NCBI RefSeq assembly: GCF_000315625.1
Contig: NW_005434672.1
Span: 647,004-711,003 of the forward strand
Reading direction: 5' to 3'
Source of the DNA: Guillardia theta CCMP2712
Taxonomy: Eukaryota > Protista > Cryptophyta
DNA: 64,000 bases
Within the stretch, counting starts at the first letter, position 1, and every line of letters starts with the position of its first letter. The notes below the pieces were generated by a model. That model was not told the origin of the DNA. It saw nothing but the letters and a program-made list of their open reading frames with translations, and did not search any database. A program made the position numbers and the translations under genes. Shown in pieces: positions 1-12,039 of this stretch.

Positions 1-1119
1 GCGGGTCAAGGTAACTGAGTCAGGGACGTGGGAGTTCAGGACTTGACCTGGAACTTCTCCTTGAGATCTCGTTGCAAGTTTGTTGACAGCACTCCTTCCT
101 TGCACACGATGAGCACAGGGTCGAGCAGCTCCGTCACCTTCCCAGCGTCACCTCCCGTCAACCCCCGAGCTCTCACCAGGTGGATCTCATTCCTGTAGAG
201 GAACTTGGCGATGATACGCACAAACTCCTCTCGGTCTTCAAGAACCTCGTGAGGAGGAGGCGTCAGCTCAACCTGCTCGACAAGCTCTCCTTGCACTGTG
301 AGGGCCACCGCCGACCGCACGAGCTTCAGGTTCTTGGTTGCCAGGACCTCGCGAGCTGCATCGAGCTGGCCGTTCAAGTCCCTGTCATGTATCTAGTTGT
401 GCGAGTGAGCGGAGAATTGAGAGGAGAGATGAGGAGCGGAGGGAAGAGGGCAGGTGAGAGGAGGGGAGGGGAGGACGGGAACATCTCCAACCTCGCAGAT
501 CCCAAGTTTCTCTGACCACTTGCAGATGGCGACGGGGGTGTCACACGGGTAGCACAGGTAGTACTTGTTGCCCTGCCGATTCACCTTCTGATCCATGAAG
601 CACTCGACAAACTTGAGCTCCTGCGCTCCTCCTGTCAAGAACCCGCAAGGTCGGGGCAGAGCTCACCCAAGGATCGACGACAAAGATGTTGTTCCCACCC
701 ATGGTGATGCAGCTCTTTGATCAAAGGATGAGAACACTCGCGGGTGGCAGGAGAGGAGGGGGAGAGGTGTGGAGAAGAGGAGAGGAGAGGAGAGGAGAGG
801 AGAGGAGAGGAGAGGAGAGGAGAGGAGAGGAGGGGCGGAAAGAAACTGGTACCTCAATGTCGGTCAGGAGTTGTTGGTATTGCATGCTCCATCGTGTCGT
901 TGTTGCCTTGCCCCTCGTCTTGACCTGCCGACATTCCCTTCGCGTTCCTAGCATGCAGCGGCAGAGCCCTCGGAGAATCATCCCTTGGCCGCACCCAGCC
1001 AGCACGCTCGACTCTTGGAAGGCATGTCCAGCCTGAGCGAGGAGGAGGAGGAGGAGGAGGAGGGAGGGGAGGGAGGGAGGATAGGGTCCTCGCTCGCTCT
1101 TCGCCCGCATGTGGCCCAT
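1..1119 (-). CDS. DUF3727-like protein of cyanobacterial type, probably plastid-targeted; multi-exon, 3' end runs off the window
   Basis: Exon peptides YPCDTPVAICKW, DAAREVLATKNLKLVRSAVALTVQGEL, EEFVRIIAKFLY and LLDPVLIV resemble cyanobacterial DUF3727 proteins from memory. N-terminus LLLLLLLLAQAGHA|F fits a signal peptide followed by Phe. Confidence 0.6.
775..832. repeat. (GAGAG)n microsatellite in an intron
   Basis: Seen directly. Confidence 0.95.
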
Positions 1120-1384
1120 TACGCCATGCTTCCTGAAAAAAGGTGTTCAGGATTTTTCGGCCGGGGCTGAGGCGGACGGGGGAGGAACCAAGAGGTCGAG
1201 GAGGGCAGGGAAGCAGCGGGAGGGGGAGAGGAGACGGAGGGAGCAGGGCAGAGGCTGTGGATAGAGGAGAAGGAGAGCCGATGGCAAGGTAGAGTAGGAA
1301 CAGAGGAGTGCGGGTGAGGAGCAGCAGCGGGAAGGGGAGCGGGAGGGCGAGGGGGCGGTAAAGGGGAGCTGGGGGGGAGGTAAG

Positions 1385-2213
1385 ATGGGATCGGCGAGGA
1401 AGAAGAAGAACCCGAGGAAGCACTACAAGGTGCTGCACGAGGTCGGCCGGGGGACTTTCGGGGTTGTGTGCAAGGCGATCAAGAAGAAGACCGGGGAGGA
1501 GGTGGCGATCAAGAACATCAAGCTCGTCCACAAGATCCATGAGGGGGTCAGCACCTCCGCCATCGATGAGATCCGCATCATGCAGGTGGGAGGCGCGAGG
1601 CTGAGAGAGCGGGAGAGCGGGTGAGCGGATGGTGGCAGGAGCTTCACCATCCCAACGTGCTGTCCATCCATGAAGTCTTCTCCCCGCGGTTCCTGCCCCC
1701 TTTTGTGCTCCTCCTCCTGTTGAAGTTCCCGCGCCATGCAGGGAAGGGACGCTCTCGCTCGTCCTGGACTTCATCCCCATGGACATGGAGATGATCATCA
1801 AGGCCAAGGACATGACGTCGGACAAGTACGTCCCGATGCCTTCCGAAGACATCAAGGCCTACATGCAGGTCAGCCGTTTCCCACTCTCCCTTCCCTCTAT
1901 CCCCCCTCCTTCCTCTCCTCCCTTCACTGGCTCACCTTCGCGCCCTCCAGATGTTTCTCAGAGGAATCAACGCCTGCCATCAGAACTTCGTCCTTCACAG
2001 AGACCTCAAGGTCTGCAACAAGCTCAGTCGTGCTCTCCCCCCCTGACCAGCCTCAGCCTGCCAATCTTCTCCTGAGCGCCAATGGCGTCCTCAAACTTTG
2101 CGACTTCGGCCTAGCGAGGACGTACGGGAGCCCTAATGCCAAGTTCTCGCCACAGGTCCCTCCACCTCCTCCTTCTCATCATGATCGTTATCATCATCAT
2201 CATCATCATCATT

Positions 2214-2263
<50 letters not shown>

Positions 2264-3206
2264 TCTTCTCCGCCACCTGACGGTGCAGTTGACAGGCGGT
2301 GACTTTATGGTATCGGCCGCTGGAGATGCTGCTGGGTGCCGACAGATACGGACCAGCCGTGGACATGTGGGCACGGGCAAGAGGCGGGAGGGAGGGAGTG
2401 ACCTGACCCTGTCGCAGGTGGGGGGTGGGTTGCATCTTTGCCGAGATGCTGCTGCGAAACCCGCTGTTTCCCACGGGGAGAGGAGCGACTGACGTGGATC
2501 AGGTCGAGCAGGGACGTGGGGTGGGTACTTGCTGAGCTTCAGGCAGGTTTGTCAGATCGTGCGTTGCATGGGGGCGCCAACGGAACGGAACTGGCCGGGT
2601 TTCGATCAACTTCCAATCCTCCTCAAGTTCCAGCAGGTCTCCTGCTCCTCCCCAGCCTGTAGCCAGCCCCACTGATATCGCGCAGATTCCCCCGACGCCC
2701 CTCGCGCGCGTGATCCTCACTCTCATCATCGCCTCCTGCTCCGCACTGACAAGGGACCAGGTGATCCCAGCGGCACCCAAGGATGCGCTCGACCTGCTGG
2801 ACAAACTTCTCAGCTACGATCCCAACAAGAGGATCTCAGCGGAGGAGGTGATATTTTTTCCCTCCCTCCTTCATCCCCTTGCTCTTGCCGATTGACTTTC
2901 ACTTGTGTGTGCTTGACCTCGTCTCCTTCCAGGCCCTCAAGCATGAGTACTTCCGCAACGCTCCGGCCCCTGCCTCCACCGCTCAAATTGCCGATCACAT
3001 CTCAGTCTTGATCAAAAAGCCCAGCAGCCAAGTCTCCAGCACCCTCCCCAGCTCAGGTGCTCTTGCTCTGCCTGCTCGTCCGCCCTCCTGACCTCGTGTT
3101 GCCATCCTTGACATGATCAGAGACGATGCCGGGGGAGAGCCCGTACAAGCCGAGCTCGAAGCGATCGGCCGCTGAGGCAGGTTTGGCGTCTCCGAACTAC
3201 GGGTGA
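1385..3206 (+). CDS. CDK7: Cyclin-dependent kinase, CDK7/CDKD (CAK)-like; multi-exon
   Basis: [30 protein letters not shown] (PSTAIRE equivalent), HRDLK|[24 protein letters not shown] and [12 protein letters not shown], joined across GT-AG introns. Confidence 0.8.
2177..2263. repeat. (CAT)n microsatellite in a kinase intron
   Basis: Seen directly. Confidence 0.95.
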
Positions 3207-3405
3207 TCCACGAGCTGTAGGAAAGGCAGGAAATTGGTAGGACGGGAATGAAGAAGCTGAAGGCGAGGAAGAGCACGTCTGACACAGGAAGGCTCCCTAA
3301 GGACTCAGCGTTGCCCTCTTCTGGTTTATTCTGGTTGGCTGTAGGAAAACAAACGGCTGCTTACTAACAAGGCGCGGGCGGCGGATCGCGAGCTCGAGAT
3401 TCGCA

Positions 3406-4370
3406 TCACTGCAGAACACCCTTGGTGCTGGGAACGCCAGCGCCTGAGTCTGCACTGATCGCCTGCCCTTCAACGTCACTGGGAGCGGATGGGGCAGCAG
3501 CGGAGTCACCTGACGGAGGGCGACGCCGAGGGCCTTGAAGGCGGATTCAGCCTTGTGATGGTCGTTCTTGCCCTTGAGGTTGTCGACATGCAGGGTGATC
3601 CTCGCCTCGGTCGCGAACGACTCCATGACGTGGGGGATCATCTCGCACGAGAGCTCTCCGATCTTCTCCCTCACCAGGTTGAGCTCGATGTGCGCCGAGG
3701 GCCTCGAGGAGATGTCGACGACGGCGCGCGAGAGAGCCTCGTCGAGGGGGCAGTAGGCGTGCCCGAACCTCTTGATGTCCTTCCTGTCCCCGAGGGCCTT
3801 GTCGAAGGCTTCTCCCACTGTCAGCGCACAGTCCTCTGCTGTGTGATGGTCGTCGATGTGGAGGTCGCCCTTGCATCTGCGGGATGACATGTCAGGCACA
3901 TCAGCACATCAGCACACTAGCATGCTCTACAGGCGTTCTCATCAGAAGAGACGCTTCTGGTGCTACACCTGCTCTTCACGATACCAGTGAAGGCTTGCTA
4001 CCGCAAACCTACTCCTCAACTCTCGTTTGCTGCCAGTGGTCTGCCTACGTCCTCAGAATTTCCATACACTCGAGAAAGAATGCGGACAAAATCACTTGGG
4101 CAGACGGATCAGAACATGACAGCATCATGCTTGAACGCGTGAGACAAGGATCTACGAGCTTCTCGCATGGCGACGCCACCTCGCAGCACAAGCACGCATT
4201 GCTTACTTGAGCGTGAGGTCGATCCTGCCGTGCTTGGACATGGCGGTGAACATGTGGTCGAGGAAGCCGATGCCTGTGCTGATGTCGCTCTTGCCGGTGC
4301 CATCGAGGTTCAGCTCCACCTCCACGTCCGTCTCCTTCGTCTTCCTGCTCACTCGCGCAGTCCTCGCCAT
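3406..4370 (-). CDS. HIS3: Imidazoleglycerol-phosphate dehydratase; introns 3877-4206 and 3463-3509
   Basis: [48 protein letters not shown] and C-terminal VPSTKGVL; both splices restore the frame. Confidence 0.97.
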
Positions 4371-4675
4371 TTCAGCCCCCACTGAAAACAAAAAGGGGGA
4401 AGATCTCTGTAAAAGGAATGGGATTTTGTTTTTAAAAAAAAAACATCAAAGGAGATCGGATGGGCGAAGCCGAAGGCGGCACGGCAGCTCTATGGCGACC
4501 GGCGGGAGCGAAGAAGAGAGGAGGAGAGCGAAGCAGAGGCAGAGCAGAGAGAAGGGGAAGCAGAGAGGACAGGGAGGGACGGGGAGGGAGGAAAGAGGAG
4601 GATGAAAGTTGCGGTGAGATCACTTGAGGTCTGGTTGCTTCAGAGATCAGTCATCGACAGCGCGGCCTGCTGAAG

Positions 4676-7523
4676 ATGGACCCCAAGCTCAAGCAACTCC
4701 TGGCGCGACGAAAGCAAGACGCTGACAAGTACGATGACTACCATGACCAGGACCCTCCAACGCCGTCGCAACTTCCAGCCAAGAAGAAAGACAAACTCCT
4801 CAAGGCGCTAGATGAAGCTGTTGAGAGCGTCATCGAAGAACAGGAGAAGACGCTAGCTGGTGCTGCGGCGCGTGCTAAGGCTGAGCTGAAACCTGTTCTT
4901 GGAGAAAGGAAGGAATCCAAGCACGCGAGTCAAGATGGGAAAAGAGACCTCGACGACGTGGCCATTGACATCCCGAGCGCAGAAGAGGAAGCCAGAACGA
5001 GACGAGCGAGAGTTGACAGCGACGAGGCCCACGAAGAGCCTCCACAGAGAAAACACGATGCTCTCGCCTCCATGGCACACGCTCGCCTCAGTCAGGCCGA
5101 CAAGCTCCGTGACTCTGACCCTCAAGTCAAGCCTCTCGACAGCGTCGCCATCGACGTCCGCAGCGTCTTCGACCACATGGAGGAGGCCAAGAAGAAGCCC
5201 AAGAAGCCCGACAAGACCCACGACGCCCTCGCGTCCATGGCAGAGGCTCGCTTGTCTCACTCCAGCAGCAGACTCGACGGCGTCGACACGTCGTCTCTCT
5301 TCGATCGCAAGCATGCAGACAAGGCCCAGGATAGAGCAGCAGGGAAGGGGCTGGGCGCCGTGGCCGAAGGAGGAGAGGACGAGGAGGACGAGGAGGGAGG
5401 GGCAGGGTCGCGGGTGCCGTCCATGCTGGAGTCCAAGGGCCCGTCTGCACTGCAGCAGTCTCTACAGAAAGCCTCGTCCTCGTCGGACAGCGCGGCGTCA
5501 AAGAAGGAGGACTTTGCGAGCAAGCTGAGCAACTTGAAGTCGCTGGTGACGAAAGGAGCGAAGCCGGAGGAGGGCGGCAGAGGAGAGGCGAAGGGGGAGA
5601 AGGGGGAGGGAGAGGCCAAGGTGTCAGGAGGAGGAGGAGGAGGAGGAGGAGGAGAGTCAGGAGTCGTGTCGGAGTCCATCTGGAGTTCCATGTGGGCGGG
5701 GCAGGTGCAAGCGAAGAGGGACGATGTGCTGGAGTCGTACAAGAAAGGGAGACTGCAGGAGCAAGACTTAAAGCGGTTGAAGGTCGACGAGGACGCGCCT
5801 GGCGATGCTCAGAGAGAAGCGAAAGAGGCGCCCTCTCCTCTTCAATCAAGACAACGTGTCACTGTTGATGAGCTTCCATCCGAAGACAGAGCGTTGAACT
5901 TCAAGATAGCCAAGCTTGAGAAGAAGATGCAGAAGGCAGAGAAGATGAAGGACGCGAGCAAGGCAAGGATGTACAGCATGGAGATCCAGAGGCTTCGCGA
6001 GCAACTTCAAGGGCTGAGCCAGGATGATTCCGACGAGTACTTCTCCCCGCTCTTCGAGGAGAAGGAGAAACCCTCCACAGGCTTCGGCTCCAAGCTCGCG
6101 CAGTTCAAAGACATGCTTGCCATGCGGCGCAAGCACGAGGTAGCGAGGAAGGCGCCGAGCGAAGCGAGCTCCAAGACAGAAGTGACGGAGAAGGGAGCGA
6201 TCGAAGAGGAAGAGATCTGCGGCGTCGGCCTCCGTCTGAACCTCGTTGGGCAGAAGTTTGTGGTGCTGGCGATTCTTGCAGGAACTTCAGCTGAGAAGTC
6301 CGGGATGAGGATTGGGGATGTCGTCACGCGGGTGGATGGCACGAGCGTGGCGGGATGGACGATCGAGATGATCTCAAACAAGCTGCGAGGTCCCCTCGGG
6401 TCTCAGGTCTCTGTCTCCCTGCTGGACGGCAGAGAGGTGGTGCTCACAAGAACTTCCGTCTCCTCGCTCCTCAAGGACCTCGAGGACGCGCTGCATCCTC
6501 AAACCTGGATCAAAGAATCTGATCGCGTCAAGCGCCAGTACGCTCAAATCCAGCAAGACGACCTGCCGGTTGCCATCGAAGAGGCGGAGGAGGGGGAGGA
6601 GGACGAGGACGTCGGAGGATATTTGAGACTATCGCGATCGGCCGAGAAGTTCGAGGCTGTCAGAGAGTCTGTGGATGAGAACAGACGCTGGAGCTTTGGG
6701 TTCGACTTCGACACTCAAGGACCCGCCGACATCTGGTCAAAGCCGCCCGCAAGGTAAAGGAGAGAGGGGCGAGGAGAGGAGAGGAAGCGGAGAGGAGGTG
6801 AGAGGGGAGGAAAGGAGGAGGAAAGGAGAGGAGGATGGTAGAGCTTGTCTGGAGCTAAAAGTTTTGGCTGGCAGACACGTCCAGGAGTCCATGACTTCAG
6901 CGATCGCGTCTGCCATGAACGCGATGCGCCAGCATGGAGGAGCCGAGTTCGGGTCGGGCATGTACTCAGTCAAGTCAGGCGGCGACATGAGCAAGGCTTC
7001 CATGGGGATCGGGCGGCTGTTGAGCAGGAGCAGGCAGAAGGCAGGGAAACTTCTCGGGCAGCAGCCCAGCAGGGGTGGCATCAATCATGACATCCTCTAT
7101 GCTGGCGTGCAGCTGAGCGAGATCGAGTCGCTCCCTCGCAAGACCGCCAAGACCATCGCGCTCGAGAGGATCCGCAAGGCCTTGAGGTCGATCGAGCGGC
7201 AGAACGAGGCTGCTGCTCGCTCCAGATACGACTGGAGCCTGGAAGAGGAAGAGGAGATCTTGAACCAGACCCTCCCTCCCGCCAACGTCCGGGCGCAGGA
7301 AGACAGCGACCGGGAGGACACCTGGTGCCTCCTCCTGTGCTGCAAACTCGTGCGCCGCGACCTGGCGTCGTGCTGGCAGGACATGTTCGACAACCTCCAG
7401 TGTCGCTCTCGCCCGACCCTCAAGTGCGTCATGATCGCCACCTGCTCCGCCTACTGCGCCCTCATCGCCGCCGGCGTCCTCGCCCTCCTCTACCTGGTGC
7501 CGGTCACCACCCGGCAAGTCTAG
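4676..7523 (+). CDS. PDZ-domain protein with long charged N-terminus and C-terminal transmembrane anchor; intron 6754-6874
   Basis: CGVGLRL...GTSAEKSGMRIGDVVTRVDG...LRGPLGSQVSV (Ctp-like PDZ). Splicing AG|gtaaag...gcag|A joins the 693 aa and 282 aa ORFs in frame. Hydrophobic end CALIAAGVLALLYLVPV. Confidence 0.75.
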
Positions 7524-7663
7524 CCCTGTAGACCCTAAACAAGACCCCTCTACCCCGCTGTTTTTATAATAGCCCTCCTAGGAGAAACCCACTATCCCTT
7601 CACCCTGCCCTATTACGTCACCCTGTCCCTCTCCCCGACAGCCGATGCACGTGTAGAGGAGGG

Positions 7664-9367
7664 ATGGAAGGGAAGGCAGGAGGGAGGGAGATGAAGATGA
7701 GGTCCAACTTCGCTCGCGTCGAGGCTCTTCACGCCGCCGCCATGGCCCTCCAGTGCCTCCTGCCGCGGGAAGCCGGAGGGCCTCGAGAGCTCGCGGGTGA
7801 CCCTGAGGGGCTGCAGCGCTGGCTCTCAGCAGGAAGAGAGGCTAGAAACTCGATCCCCCAGCTCGATTGGAGCGAGAGGAGCAGCGTAGAGGCCTGCGGT
7901 AGCCTCGTCTCCTCCGTCCTTCCCTGCTGCGTTCCTGCCATGCAGAGCGGCTGGGGCGGGCGATGGCAGGAAGACCCAGACCTAGGAAAGAGAGGTCTGC
8001 TGCTGATGTTACAAGTGCTGGGGAATGCAGCCGCAAGCCATCGGAGCATGAGAGATCAGATCTGGGAGGATGCATGGCCGGCGCCTCTCCTCGACCTGGT
8101 GCTTGCGGATACACATTCCAGTTGCAAGTCAGTGGTGGCGATGATTGCATACAACGTGTTGAAGAACAACACCGAGGCCTCGTTGAAGTTTGTGAGCAGC
8201 GAAGAGGGGGGGGTGTTCCTCTTCTCCCTCCTCAAGTGCTTCTATCACAAGCAAGAGACTCCCCTCAGCCCGGACGAGCAGAGCGGCCTGACAGACCTGG
8301 GAGGATGGTTGGAGGTCATCATGGAAGAGCTGGTGCAGCAGGGGCACCTGACGGCGGTGCATCAGAGGCTGGGGACGCTGCCGAGCTCGGGCGGGGACAA
8401 CGCTGAGCTTCTGTTCTGGTACCTGATGGACGACATGACGAGCAACTCCTTACAAGGGATCGCGAGCAGCGAAGAGTTCGAGGAGAAGGGCACGTTGAAG
8501 CTGCAGCCCCGAGACTACGAGTACCTGGCGGTCGAGCTCGGCCTCATCTTCGAGGTCTGCCTGGATTGTGCTCGCAGGGGAAGCAAGTGTGAGGCCGTGA
8601 CGGCGATCAAGCTCAGGCAGGTCATGCATGTTGTGGCCTCCTCACTCGGCTTCGCCTCCAGCAGCATCCGCAAGTGCTACCGCGACAAGGGGCTGCTGCG
8701 CAGCTGCATCAACCTCCTCAAGTCGCTCTCCCACGCGCAGGCGCTCAAGACGGAGATGGGATTAAAGTGTGACGTCATCCGCATCCTAGCCAACATGTGC
8801 TACCGCGATCGAGAGTCTCAGGACATGGTGCGAGAGCTCGGGGGGATCCCGCTGATCCTGCAAGCGTCCAACATGGACGAGAACAACCCTTTCTCGCGGG
8901 AGTGGTCGATCTTGGCCGTTAGGAACCTGTGCGAGGGTAACGAGGCGAACCAAGAGATCATCGCCGGGATCAAACCCAAGGAGGTGGCCTCGATACCGCA
9001 GGAGCTCAAAGACAAGGGGATGCAGGTGGAGCTGGACAAGTCGACGGGGAAGGTGAAGTTGGTGCGCGATGGGGCGGTGAGAGCGACTTGCTGAGCGCGA
9101 GATGTCGAGGAGCCTCTGACTCACTCGCAGGGCCCGACCGGCACTGGGGGTGCGACACCATCGAGACTGCAAGACACGGACAACTCGACGAGGACCATGG
9201 TGGAGGAGCTGAAGAACATGGGGCTACGGGCAAACGTGAGAAGCTTGCTGCTTGAGCTGTTGGCAACAAGTAATACTGATCGGCAGATGGATGAAGACAC
9301 GGGATTGGTAGATATCAGCCACCCTGACGCCAAGCCTTCTACATCAGTTTATCACCCAACTATATGA
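7664..9367 (+). CDS. ATXN10: Ataxin-10 homolog (ARM-type); short 3' exons after 9076
   Basis: IRILANMCY...QDMVRELGGIPLIL...DENNPFSREWSILAVRNLCEGNEANQEII matches the ataxin-10 C-terminal conserved domain. Confidence 0.88.
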
Positions 9368-9439
9368 CCAAAAAATGACAACCAAAACTGTAAATTTCAA
9401 TTCAGAAAGCTCCAGCGGTGATAGCATCTGCTGTTAACT

Positions 9440-10506
9440 TGCTGGGTAGCACATACTTGGACTGATTCAAGCTTAGCTAACCGACATCTGCCGCGAGGGA
9501 TCTGATTTAACTCGTTTGCTCTGTAAAAGAATCAACGGAAACCAGCTCATTGGCCAACACCATCAAGAACCTTCTGCATAGTTCTCGAAGACGTAGGTCT
9601 CAGCAAGTGTGTCTGAAGCGACAGTGACCAGGGAAGAAGCACTTTGACAGCTCACCTTTAGAGTCTCTGAAGGAAACTTTCTTTTGTAGCTTGTTGCTCT
9701 GACGCAAGTATGAGGCTTCTTACTGTCCTAGTGCGCTAAACGTTTTACCTTTCCGGAGGCGGGCTTTCCACTTCCTGATGACCCAGCAACAGTCACGCAT
9801 GGCAAGACAACTCAGAGGACCCTCACCTTGCTCCTTGTTCTCTTGTTGCTTGGAGTTGTACCTGCAACATTCATCTCAACTGGCGGATCATTCCGGGGAA
9901 GCAAACCTCTCCCATCCCCCTGCAGAGAGCAACAGGATGTCGTACTGCCAGGTGCGAGCAGGTAAGAGGGCTGTCGGGTAGAACTCGAGTCTACCTCCCC
10001 ATTGACGCTCTTGTCGTTTCTTAGGATATCCAGAAAGTGATCCCATTCCTCCTCGTTGCGCACAGGGAAATCGACCCCAGTGCCGTCATCGTAGGCGAAC
10101 ATCGCCTGAGCCCCTAACACTGAGAATACCGAAAATCACTGCACCAGAAGGCAAGGGAAGAGATCGGAGGAAGACACAGGCTACGATGCTGATAGGGAGG
10201 AATGAGGAGGAGAAAGTGAGTGAGCAGGGAGTGGAGATGCGGAAGACAAGTGACGAATATGGGAAACAGGTCTTTCAACCTTCACTGATGCATAATTGCA
10301 TCTCAGTCCACTTGGTCGTTGGCTGGATCTTGATGTCTCGTAGTTCTGCCGGCAAGTGACTGGACGGGAAAACAAGATCAAAGTCTACCTGTGTCGCTCT
10401 CGTCGAAACACGTTATCAGAAATGGGCCCTGAACATGTCTGCTCAACTCGTATGAAACATATGTTCGAGGCACCTGAATTTCGTCGGTAGTTTTGACGTC
10501 TGGCAT
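9440..10506 (-). CDS. Small multi-exon hypothetical protein with a PB1-like segment; ends approximate
   Basis: LRDIKIQPTTKWTEMQLCI...MFAYDDGTGVDFPVRNEEEWDHFLDIL resembles the PB1 acidic OPCA pattern. Confidence 0.4.
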
Positions 10507-10699
10507 CCTGCGTACACGTCGGGTCAGGTCGACGTGATAGTACAAGATACGCTTTTCGAGTAAGGGAGAGAAGAGACAAGGAGCTAGCGAGAGAGGGAGC
10601 TTGTGTGCGACGGAGCTAGCCACGAAGTGATGGAGCAATGGAGCGAGCGGGAGGCGAGCGACGCAGAGAGTGAGGGAAGTGGGGGAGAGATGAGAAGGG

Positions 10700-10830
10700 G
10701 AGAGAGGTAGGAGAGGTAGAAGAGATAGAAGAGGTAGGAGAGGTAGGAGAGGTAGAAGAGATAGAAGAGGTAGGAGAGGTAGGAGAGGTAGAAGAGATAG
10801 AAGAGGTAGGAGAGATAGGAGAGGTAGGAG
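10700..10830. repeat. Purine-rich 9-bp-based minisatellite (GAGGTAGGA/GAGATAGAA variants)
   Basis: Seen directly. Confidence 0.9.
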
Positions 10831-12039
10831 ACAGAGGAAAGGGTCGACCTGTTGTCGCAGCAAGCCATCGTCATAATCCACCTCTGAGCCGCCTGCATGG
10901 CGGGAATGACAGAATATGGAGGGTGGGTAGGAAGTACTAATGATCCCGTTGTTTATGGGGTGGGGGTCATTAATTTGTGGGGTAGGGGGTGGTAGGAGGG
11001 GGTGGAAGTTCCCAGACTTTTCAGGGCCTGAGGGGTCACCAAGCACTTTTTTGTTGCTTTGTTGTTTTTTAACTTTTACGTGAATTTTTTTCCGGTTGAA
11101 AAGTTTTTTTTCCCGATTTAGAGTTTGACCAGAAATCGCACATCAACGAAATACGAAACAAGAAACTTCGATTTCCAAAACATGCTTCACATCATAGTAA
11201 ATATTGATACAGAAATTTCAAACCATATTCTACAATTGAGAATGAGGACATAATGACGGAAAACTTTGACACACGTCCCCACTGAAATGTTCTCGGTAAG
11301 CGGCTGAATGACTTCCGCGAGGGCTAAGAGATTCTTGTGTCTGTAAGCGATGAAAGAGATGAGAAGACTTGAGATGAGAAGACTTGTAGATAATGTTGTC
11401 ACGAAGGAGAAGAAACAACATTAATACATGTTGTTGCTCTCAACTTTCAACAAAGTTTGAGTGGCACCTCGACTGTCACAAGTTGTTCGGTCCGCCGACG
11501 CCTCGAACGATATGTGAACACTTGCACAATGATGCGGAAAGAAGAGTGCACACATACCCGAGACTGTCGCTTGCAGGCCGCACCTGAGCGTGAACAGATG
11601 CGATGTTGTTTAGAGTCGTGTGGTATTTGACCAGTGCATATATCTGGCATCCAGGTTCATCTGATTTACTTGTAGACTGCGAGTAGGAGTGACTTGATTG
11701 TGCTTGTTTGTCTCCGCTTGTGCCAACTAGACTAATTTGTTTGTTCGATAGCTTCTTGCAGACGCAGTCAAGTACAACGACATTCCTCCCACCGTCAGCA
11801 CCAACTGGGTCGGACCTGTTGAGTACCCTTCCTACATCGAGGCTGAGAAGGAGGCCTATCTCCGCGATTCTGAGTGGACACAGGACACTGCGGGCAAGTA
11901 AAGTTTGTCTTGATGTGAACATGGAATAGACAAGTCTCCTCGGAATCGTGTGATGCACTTCCTAGTATCACTTTCAAATTTACCCCTTATTCAAAATCGT
12001 TACAAACATCAGTATTATATCAAGCGGGAACTGCCATGA

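Noticed and set aside
2111-2492. Poly-M, poly-D, poly-I and poly-H ORFs, and similar ones at 10378-11046, 26534-27322, 38410-39338, 61932-62247 and 63728-63979
   Set aside because: These are translations of microsatellites in introns or intergenic DNA.
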